A program made the position numbers and the translations under genes. Below, piece by piece: positions 17,157-24,604 of a stretch of DNA of 32,647 nucleotides. This stretch comes from a virus (lineage: Duplodnaviria; Caudoviricetes): the IMG/VR virus record IMGVR_UViG_3300010362_000067, positions 1 through 32,647 of that record; one strand, given 5' to 3'. The notes beneath the pieces were generated by a model. The model made no database searches. It saw nothing but the letters and a program-made list of their open reading frames with translations, and had not been told where the DNA came from. The stretch's first letter is position 1; the number at the start of each line of letters is the position of its first letter.

Positions 17157-17210
17157 TGTTATTGTTCAGCACGAGCAAGCAAGCAACCTTTAACCGCTCT
17201 TATCGAGGGA
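17157..17210 (+). promoter_or_regulatory. Extended -10 promoter candidate plus 19-bp box
   Basis: TG-t-TATTGT at 17157-17165; AACCGCT-ctt-ATCGAGGGA at 17192-17210; a separate AAGGAG RBS follows. Confidence 0.6.
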
Positions 17211-17224
17211 TCAAGGAGATACAG

Positions 17225-18130
17225 ATGGGCGACCATACCGCCATTTCGTGGGCGCATCACACGATGAACCCGTGGGTCGGGTGTATGAAAGTCTCGGACG
17301 GCTGCAAGCACTGCTACGCCGAGGAGATGGTCACGCGCCTGATGAAAAAGCCGCACCTCTGGGGACCGGCGGCGACGCACCGGCGCGAGCGCACCTCGGT
17401 CGCGAACTGGCAGCGCGCGGTCCGGTGGAACGCCGAGGCCGAGCGGCGCGGCGTCGCGCGGCGCGTGTTCGCGGCATCGCTCGCGGACGTGTTCGAGGAC
17501 CATCCCGACTGTAACGCCGCCCGGCCGGACTTCTGGGACCTCGTGCGCCGGACGCCATACCTCCAGTGGCAGATCCTGACCAAGCGGCCGGAGCACATCC
17601 GCGAGATGCTGCCCAACGATTGGGGCACGCACGGGTGGGCGAACGTGTGGCTCGGCACCTCGATCGAGTCGATGGACGTCGCCTCGCGCGCGGATCATCT
17701 GTGCGAGGTCCCGGCGGTCGTGCGCTTCGTGAGCTACGAGCCCGCGCTGGGGCCGCTCGACGACTTGGATCTCGGGGGCATCGACTGGGTGATCTGTGGC
17801 GGCGAGTCCGGTCCCAAGTACCGCGCGATGTCGCTCGACTGGGCGCACACGATGCGCCGGAAGTGCGCCGAGGCCGGTGTCGCGTTCTTCTTCAAGCAGT
17901 CATCGGCGCCGCGCACCGAGATGGGGATCATGCTCGACGGCGAGATCGTGCGGGCCTATCCGGCGCCGCTCTCGATCAACTGGGACGGGTCGGCGCAGAG
18001 CCCGAGCGGCGCACCCACGCTCGACCCGGCGGTGCGGGCGGCGTACGCGGCGCGTGTCGCCGAGGACGCCAACGATGCGAACGCGACCGCGCGGTTCGCA
18101 TCGATCGCGCAAGGGACGATGGACCTCTGA
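17225..18130 (+). CDS. DUF5131 (phage Gp37/Gp68) family protein
   Basis: TAISWAHHTMNPWVGCMKVSDGCKHCYA, QILTKRP, NVWLGTS, SYEPALGP, DWVICGGESG, FFFKQ. Confidence 0.92.
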   Translation: MGDHTAISWAHHTMNPWVGCMKVSDGCKHCYAEEMVTRLMKKPHLWGPAATHRRERTSVANWQRAVRWNAEAERRGVARRVFAASLADVFEDHPDCNAARPDFWDLVRRTPYLQWQILTKRPEHIREMLPNDWGTHGWANVWLGTSIESMDVASRADHLCEVPAVVRFVSYEPALGPLDDLDLGGIDWVICGGESGPKYRAMSLDWAHTMRRKCAEAGVAFFFKQSSAPRTEMGIMLDGEIVRAYPAPLSINWDGSAQSPSGAPTLDPAVRAAYAARVAEDANDANATARFASIAQGTMDL

Positions 18131-18150
18131 CACTCCGTAAACAGTGGGCG

Positions 18151-18170
18151 CGGCCGCGCACACGCGGCCG
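18151..18170 (+). terminator. Hairpin at the end of the early region
   Basis: CGGCCGCG-caca-CGCGGCCG; no U tract. Confidence 0.4.
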
Positions 18171-18397
18171 TCCCGAGAACTATGGGGGCCGCAGTATAAG
18201 AATTTTGTGAAGTCAGCGAAAGCACAATGCGACCAAAGCCCTACATGCATACCGAGTGAATATTCCTTGACCCCTCGTGACTGCTTTGTTAAGAGTTGCA
18301 TACACGATCTTGCTACAAAAAACAATTGGGGATCGCCCTGATGACGGGGCGATATGCCTGACTCAGCATTACCCGCTGATGGGGTGCCGGTGCAACA

Positions 18398-18973
18398 ATG
18401 CCGGGTGGCCGAACACGCGCAACAACCACGCGCTCGTCGCGTGAACCGAAGCAACGAGGTCGGCCGTCGAGCCTGACGGCCAAGACCATCGCCGCGATCA
18501 CGAAGAGCATCCGCGAGGGAGCCACGTACGCGGACGCGGCGAAGCGTGCGGGCATCGACCCGCGCACCTTCCAGACATGGATGGCGAAGGGACGTGACGA
18601 TCTACAGGCGGATCGGACGTCCGAATTTCGCCATTTTTACCATGCTGTGGAGACGGCGAATCTCGACATCAAGGCCACGTTGGTGAAGCGCGTGCTCAAG
18701 GGCACGATCAAAGACCCCCGGCTCGGGCTGAAGGTGCTCGAACGCCGGTTCCCCGATGACTGGGGTTTGAAAATCAAAATTGAAGATCTCACGCCCGACC
18801 GGCCCGCATCGCCGCGCGAGGCGTTCTTGAAACGGCTGTCGGCCATTGAGGACCGGCAGCAACGAGCGGACGTCGCGCTACGCGGCGTCATGCGAGACGA
18901 CGCGCCCGACCTCGCAGACGGAGCAAACGGGAACGGCGCGACGAGCCACGGCGACGTCGTCAGTGGCGCATGA
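18398..18973 (+). CDS. terS: Terminase small subunit (putative)
   Basis: GRPSSLT...GATYADAAKRAGIDPRTFQTW HTH, LERRFPDDWG; lies upstream of terL. Confidence 0.7.
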   Translation: MPGGRTRATTTRSSREPKQRGRPSSLTAKTIAAITKSIREGATYADAAKRAGIDPRTFQTWMAKGRDDLQADRTSEFRHFYHAVETANLDIKATLVKRVLKGTIKDPRLGLKVLERRFPDDWGLKIKIEDLTPDRPASPREAFLKRLSAIEDRQQRADVALRGVMRDDAPDLADGANGNGATSHGDVVSGA

Positions 18974-19011
18974 GGAAGCCCGCACGGACCTGACGCCATC
19001 GGACACCGGCG

Positions 19012-19059
19012 GCACGACCCGGTAGCACTCCGGGGCAGCACGACCCGGTAGCACTCCGG
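19012..19059 (+). repeat. Two perfect 22-bp direct repeats
   Basis: GCACGACCCGGTAGCACTCCGG at 19012-19033 and 19038-19059. Confidence 0.9.
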
Positions 19060-19081
19060 CACAACACAACCAGAGGCACCA

Positions 19082-19540
19082 ATGGCAGCGCCCTCGCTTC
19101 GCCTCGGTCGGCACCCCGACCGGACGCGATTCGTTCTCGGATTTGCCTACAACTCGTCGGGCTCGCGTGTGCTGCTGATCAATCAGCTTCGCGGGATCGC
19201 GACCGGCTCACTCAACGGGATCGGCGGTCGCGTGCGGCCGCGCGAAACGTACGCGCAAGCGATGCACCGGCATTTCGCGAAGCAGGCGGGCGTCATCGTC
19301 GCGAGCGGCTGGACCCCATTCGCGATCCTCGAAGCCGACGAGCGCCGCGTGCAGGTCTACCGCGCGGATTTGAATGAGCAGTTGTGGCACGCGGCGCACA
19401 CCGAGGGCGACGAGGCGTTGCATCGCTGCTCGGTCGCGTCGCTGCCCGAGCGCGCATGGCCGGATCTGATGTTCCTCGTGCCGTTAGGCCTGAATGTGCT
19501 GCCGACGGCCGTCGTGCGCGTCGAGTACCGGCCCTTATGA
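19082..19540 (+). CDS. Nudix-fold protein with degenerate catalytic box
   Basis: FVLGF...VLLI...GSLNGIGGRVRPRETYAQAMHRHFAKQAGV. Confidence 0.72.
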   Translation: MAAPSLRLGRHPDRTRFVLGFAYNSSGSRVLLINQLRGIATGSLNGIGGRVRPRETYAQAMHRHFAKQAGVIVASGWTPFAILEADERRVQVYRADLNEQLWHAAHTEGDEALHRCSVASLPERAWPDLMFLVPLGLNVLPTAVVRVEYRPL

Positions 19541-19629
19541 GAACATGCTCATTCAGCACATCGCGTATGCGCGACCGATATACCCACCCGGATATACCGC
19601 TCTCAGCAAAAGTCTACCACCACCTGACG

Positions 19630-19911
19630 ATGGGGAGAACGCCGTTGCGGAAGCACACGCACACCAACGAAGCGGACCTCACGGGTCTGCCGGAAGATGA
19701 ACGCATTCGGATCGCCGCGTTGTATGTCGCGCGGGGCCAGATCGTCAATCTCACGATCGAGGACGAGCCGTCGAAGGTCGCACGCTATCAGCGGAAGTTC
19801 CTGCAGCGCGGCTGCGCGATTCTCGGGACGACCAAGGGACCGGAGGTCGGCGCGGTAACGATCCGCGTGGGGCCGCGACCGGTCGGGCCGCCGCAGATCA
19901 CCATCCAGTGA
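19630..19911 (+). CDS. Hypothetical protein (start uncertain; 19537 possible)
   Basis: Open frame ending just before terL. Confidence 0.5.
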   Translation: MGRTPLRKHTHTNEADLTGLPEDERIRIAALYVARGQIVNLTIEDEPSKVARYQRKFLQRGCAILGTTKGPEVGAVTIRVGPRPVGPPQITIQ

Positions 19912-19918
19912 ATGGCGC

Positions 19919-21310
19919 GTGCCCGACGGTCCGTCGGCCCGTGCGCTCCATCCCCATCAGTTGTCGGCGGCCGAGCGGTTCCTTCGGCTGTCGCCCGTCG
20001 AACGCAGAAAGCAACTGCGGCGGTGGTCTGACGCCGAGATCGAGGCGCTCGACTACGACTGGCGCTGGTGGGCGCGGCCGGAGCAGCTTGCCCCGGCTGG
20101 GCAGGAGTGGGTCACATGGGGGATCATCGCCGGACGTGGCGCAGGGAAAACACGATCGGCGGCGGAATTCCTGCGCGATGAAGTCGAGAGCGGCCGCTCG
20201 CGCTACCCGTTCCTGATCGGCGCCGACGCGGCCGATGTCCGCGACGTGATGGTCGAGGGCGAGTCCGGCATTCTCGCGATCTCGCCGCCGTGGTTCCGGC
20301 CCAAGTACGAGCCCTCGAAGCGGCGGCTCACATGGCCCAACGGCATCGTCGGCCATCTCTTTGGCGCGCACGACCCCGACTCGCTGCGCGGCCCGCAGTC
20401 CGATCTCATCTGGTGCGACGAGATCGCCAAATGGAAATACCCGACCCAAGCATGGGACAACGCCGTGCTCGGCAACCGGCTCGGGTTCCATCCGAGGCGC
20501 GTGTTCACGACGACGCCCAAGCCGATCCGGCTCGTGCGCTTGCTGATGGGCAAGGACCCGTCGCAGCGCGGACTGCCGCCCGATCCGACGGTGGTCTTGG
20601 CGCCCGCGATGACGACGTACGACAACCTCGCCAACCTCGCGCCGTCGTTCATTCAAGAAGTCTTACACAAGTATCAGGGCACGCGGCTCGGGCGGCAGGA
20701 GTTGCTCGGCCATCTGTTGGAGGACGTCCCCGGCGCGCTCTGGACCCTCAAGATGATCGAGGACGCGCGCACGTTCACGGTGCCCGAGACGTTCGTCCGC
20801 ATCGTGGTCGCCGTCGACCCGGCCGTGACCGCGCACGAGGAGTCGAACGAGACCGGGATCGTCGTCTGCGCCAAGACCGAGGACGGGCTGGGCTACGTCC
20901 TTCGGGATCTCTCCGGGCGCTACACGACGGAGCAATGGGCGCAGAAAGTGGCCGAGATGTTCTACCACTACCACGCCGACCGGGTGGTGGCCGAGGTGAA
21001 CAACGGCGGTGATCTCGTCGAGACCGTGTTGCGCTCGAAAGATCCCGGTATATCCTATAAGGCAGTCCACGCGAGTCGAGGCAAGCTCACACGCGCCGAG
21101 CCGATCGCGGCGCTCTACGAGCGGCACCTGATCCGCCACTACGGCGAGTTTCCAGAACTCGAAGAGCAGATGACGAGCTATGCGCCGGACGCAATCCCGA
21201 CGGCGCAGGAAAAACGGAAAGAAAAGTCGATCTCGCCGGACCGCATGGATGCGCTCGTGTGGGGGATGACGGAGTTGATGCTCAAGCGCGGCGGATTGTT
21301 CGTCGCCTGA
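19919..21310 (+). CDS. terL: Terminase large subunit
   Basis: Walker A GRGAGKT, LRGPQ, Walker B IWCDE, TTTP, nuclease motifs VVAVDP and DRMDALVW. Confidence 0.96.
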   Translation: MPDGPSARALHPHQLSAAERFLRLSPVERRKQLRRWSDAEIEALDYDWRWWARPEQLAPAGQEWVTWGIIAGRGAGKTRSAAEFLRDEVESGRSRYPFLIGADAADVRDVMVEGESGILAISPPWFRPKYEPSKRRLTWPNGIVGHLFGAHDPDSLRGPQSDLIWCDEIAKWKYPTQAWDNAVLGNRLGFHPRRVFTTTPKPIRLVRLLMGKDPSQRGLPPDPTVVLAPAMTTYDNLANLAPSFIQEVLHKYQGTRLGRQELLGHLLEDVPGALWTLKMIEDARTFTVPETFVRIVVAVDPAVTAHEESNETGIVVCAKTEDGLGYVLRDLSGRYTTEQWAQKVAEMFYHYHADRVVAEVNNGGDLVETVLRSKDPGISYKAVHASRGKLTRAEPIAALYERHLIRHYGEFPELEEQMTSYAPDAIPTAQEKRKEKSISPDRMDALVWGMTELMLKRGGLFVA

Positions 21311-21412
21311 GAGATCGCAGGGTTGGTCCGGTCGCACTTCGGGCTTCAAGAGGGGGCGAGTTGTTGTCTCGCCGTTTCCAGAGGGCCTGTAGCAGTGCGA
21401 CGGATCTAGGGC

Positions 21413-24400
21413 ATGGCGGCCTCGCTCGCCGAACGCGTGCAGCATCGCGTGCAGGGATTCCTGCAGCGCATGATCGGCTTCCCCGCCGGTCTGCCCCAAG
21501 GTCGCCCCGTCGAACGCGACAATCCGCTCACCGTCGGCGCGATCCCCCTCCGAGGCGAAGCGCCGGGCGACTACCAGCACACCGGGACGACCGTGCGGGT
21601 GCGCGGCTTCGAGCGCCACCCGGTCGTCATGGCGTGCGTGCGCGCGATCGTCGACATCGCGAGCGCGATCGATCTCGAAGCCTACCGGATGGTGCCGAGC
21701 GAGGGCGAGGGGGACCGCGAGGTGGTGGAGACGCTCCCCGCCTTCGCTCCCTTATCGAGAATTCTCGAAACGCCGTCGCCCTTCTTGAGTCCCATGCGGC
21801 TGCGCGAGATCACGGCGACGCACTACCTGATCTATGGGAATGCGCTGTGGTATCTCGAACGGCCGCCGTCGCCCAACCCGATGAACCCTCGGCCGCCGTC
21901 CTCGATCCGCGTGATTCAGCCCGAGGATCTGATGCAGGTGTACGTGAACGAGAACGGCTACCCCGTGTGGTATCAGTGGCGGGACACGCTCGGCTACATG
22001 CACACCTCGCCGGTGACGGACATCGTCCACTTTCGCGACCTGAACGCGAAGGGGATGGTGTTCGGCTACCCGCGCGCGGCGTCGGCGTTGAACGACATCA
22101 TCGGCGACGACGAGGCGAGCCAGTTCGTGCGGCAGACGGTGACCAACTCGGGCGCGCCGCTCTCGTGGGCCTTGGTGCACGAGGACACGACGCTCTCCGA
22201 GGCGCAGGCGGCCGAGGCGGCGTACTACGAGAAGATGGTGACGCGCGGGAACCGGGGCCGCTTCACCTTCCTCGGCGGCGTCAAAGATATCAAGTCGACC
22301 TCGTTCACCCTGCGCGATTTAGAGTTCCCTGATCTCCGGCGGGTGAGCCGCGAAGATATCTGCGCGAGCTTCGGCGTCGACCCGCGCATCATCGGGATCG
22401 CGAGCGCCTCCAACGACTCGGGGCTCTCGGGCATTCAATACCGCGAGGCGCGCGTCCGGCTCGTGCAGCAGACGATCGAGCCGATGCTCCGCTACTTCGA
22501 GAGTGAACTCAACTTCTGGTTCGCCCCGGAATTCGGCGACGTGTTCGTGCGCTACGACCCCGACATCGTCAAGGAGATGATCGAGGACGACGACCTGACG
22601 TCGAACCGCGTGCGGGGCGAGGTGGCGGCCGGGCTCCGCACGCTGGAAGAGGCGCGCGAGGCGCTCGATCTGCCGAGCGACTTCGATCTGGACGACACGC
22701 TCGCGGTGTCGACCGCCATCCAATTCGTCCCGACCGCGACCGCGATCGCGCCGCTCGAATACGCGGAAGCCGTCGGGGGCGGGGGCGAGGGCCAGCCCGG
22801 AGTCCCCACTCCCGCGCAGCCGGGCGACAGTCTGCCCCCGGCCGGGCAGATCACCGCGCCCACGGGTGGGCAGCAGGCGCTCCCGGCGCCGTCGGCCGAC
22901 GAGGCCACGCTCGATACCGACACGACCAACCTGCCCGACGAGGCGCCGCCCGCGCCGGACGACGAGGAGGAGCTAGAGCCCAAGCGATCGCGCACCGAGA
23001 CGCTCACGGCCTTGGGCGTCTTGCTTGGAGGCACACCGCGCAAAGCGGTGTCTGCCCCTGCCCCACGGGCCGATCGTCCGTCCACGGGGCGCCTAGGGCC
23101 AGCGCGGGCGCTTTCCGTGGGCACCGTGCTCACGCGCGGCGTCGTGCTCACGCCCGAGCAGCGGAGTGACCTCTGGCGCCAGTTCGAGGAGCGCGCCGTG
23201 CGCGAGGAAGCGGCCTACCGGCGGGCGGCCCTGATGCAGTTCGCGGAAGAACGGGCCAACGTCGCGCGGCTCTTCGAGCGCGCGGGCTTGAGGAACGCCC
23301 CCACCGAGACGACGCTCGAAGGCATCGCGCACCAACTGCGGCACATGTACAAGCCGGGCGGCGAGGTCGTGCAGCGGTGGGCCGATCGCTATCACGCGCT
23401 CATCGGCGAGACCTTCGCCAAGGGCGGCGCGCACATCGCGCATTCGGTCAACCGGTCGTCGGTCCGCTTCAACCCCAACCACGACGACGAAGGGAAGTTT
23501 GCCGAGTCTCCGGGTGGCGGTGGTGGCGGTGGCGGGTCGAGCGACAGCGGCGGGAGCAGTGACAGCGGCGACAGCGGCGACAGCGGCGGCGGAACCGCGA
23601 CGAAGGAGCCGATGGTCGGCAAGCCATCGTCGGAGTTTCCTCCGCATCGCGCCGATGCGTCCGACACGCAGGGGCGGTTCAAAAAGGCCGATGAATCGTA
23701 CACGCCCGAGCGGGAGGCACTGCACGACGAAATCGTGGCTCCGGAGTTCAAGGGAAAGACGCCCGTCTCGAACCCGAGGGTCACGGTGATGGGCGGCGGT
23801 CCCGCCTCGGGGAAAAGCGTCATGATCCAGGAGACGGGCCTCGCGGGCGGGAACGTGGTCACCTCCGATCCCGATGCCGTGAAGGGAAAACTCCCCGAGA
23901 TGCGGGAGGGCGTGGCGCGCGGCGATAAGGATGCGGCGCGCTATACGCATGAAGAAAGTTCGGACGTTGGCAGGCGCATTGTGCGCGAGGGCGTGGCGGG
24001 CGGATATAACGTCCTCGTCGACGGGACCGGCGACAACTCGTATGAGAAGTTGAAAACCAAAGTCGCGGAATACCGGGCGAACGGGCACGCGGTCGATGCG
24101 AACTACGTGACCGTCGACTCGGACGTCGCCGTGGCACGGGCGAAGGCCCGAGGGGATAAGACCGGCCGGTATGTGCCCGAGCAGGTCATCCGCGAGACGC
24201 ATGCGAGTGTCTCGAACGTGGTGAGCCAAGCGGTCCGTGATGGGCTGTACGACAACCTCACCGTGTGGGACACGAACAGGGGCGGGAAGGCGGTGAAGAT
24301 CGCCAGCGCGAAGGGCAAGGACCTCACGATCCACGATCAGCAGGCGTGGGCGAATTTTCTGCTCAAGGGGCGGGTGCTCGGCCCCGGCCGATCGATCCGC

Positions 24401-24604
24401 GACGAGAGTGCGACCGCCGACAGTGAAGAACCGGTCCATGAGGATGTGCTCAAGGCGTGGACGTTCCAACTCGTCGATGGCACGGCGCTCGACCCCGCCC
24501 CGGCCACGGCGCGCGAGAAGGCAGTAGCGGCGGCACTGCAGAAGGACATCGAGGAGATCGTCGCCACGGGCGGGGTGGTCGATTTTCCGCAGGAGTTGCC
24601 ATGA
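21413..24604 (+). CDS. HK97-type portal protein fused to a zeta-toxin-like P-loop kinase domain
   Basis: Portal motifs VMACV..I, LIYGNALW, DIVHFR, ICASFGVDP, TLEEAREAL; C-terminal MGGGPASGKS, DPDAVK, HEESS, NVLVDGT, GRYVPEQVI; single open frame of 1063 aa. Confidence 0.9.
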   Translation: MAASLAERVQHRVQGFLQRMIGFPAGLPQGRPVERDNPLTVGAIPLRGEAPGDYQHTGTTVRVRGFERHPVVMACVRAIVDIASAIDLEAYRMVPSEGEGDREVVETLPAFAPLSRILETPSPFLSPMRLREITATHYLIYGNALWYLERPPSPNPMNPRPPSSIRVIQPEDLMQVYVNENGYPVWYQWRDTLGYMHTSPVTDIVHFRDLNAKGMVFGYPRAASALNDIIGDDEASQFVRQTVTNSGAPLSWALVHEDTTLSEAQAAEAAYYEKMVTRGNRGRFTFLGGVKDIKSTSFTLRDLEFPDLRRVSREDICASFGVDPRIIGIASASNDSGLSGIQYREARVRLVQQTIEPMLRYFESELNFWFAPEFGDVFVRYDPDIVKEMIEDDDLTSNRVRGEVAAGLRTLEEAREALDLPSDFDLDDTLAVSTAIQFVPTATAIAPLEYAEAVGGGGEGQPGVPTPAQPGDSLPPAGQITAPTGGQQALPAPSADEATLDTDTTNLPDEAPPAPDDEEELEPKRSRTETLTALGVLLGGTPRKAVSAPAPRADRPSTGRLGPARALSVGTVLTRGVVLTPEQRSDLWRQFEERAVREEAAYRRAALMQFAEERANVARLFERAGLRNAPTETTLEGIAHQLRHMYKPGGEVVQRWADRYHALIGETFAKGGAHIAHSVNRSSVRFNPNHDDEGKFAESPGGGGGGGGSSDSGGSSDSGDSGDSGGGTATKEPMVGKPSSEFPPHRADASDTQGRFKKADESYTPEREALHDEIVAPEFKGKTPVSNPRVTVMGGGPASGKSVMIQETGLAGGNVVTSDPDAVKGKLPEMREGVARGDKDAARYTHEESSDVGRRIVREGVAGGYNVLVDGTGDNSYEKLKTKVAEYRANGHAVDANYVTVDSDVAVARAKARGDKTGRYVPEQVIRETHASVSNVVSQAVRDGLYDNLTVWDTNRGGKAVKIASAKGKDLTIHDQQAWANFLLKGRVLGPGRSIRDESATADSEEPVHEDVLKAWTFQLVDGTALDPAPATAREKAVAAALQKDIEEIVATGGVVDFPQELP

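Noticed and set aside
23514-23592. GGT/GGC and GACAGCGGC microrepeats as a contingency locus
   Set aside because: Unit lengths are multiples of three and encode a Gly/Ser/Asp linker; slippage would not shift frame.
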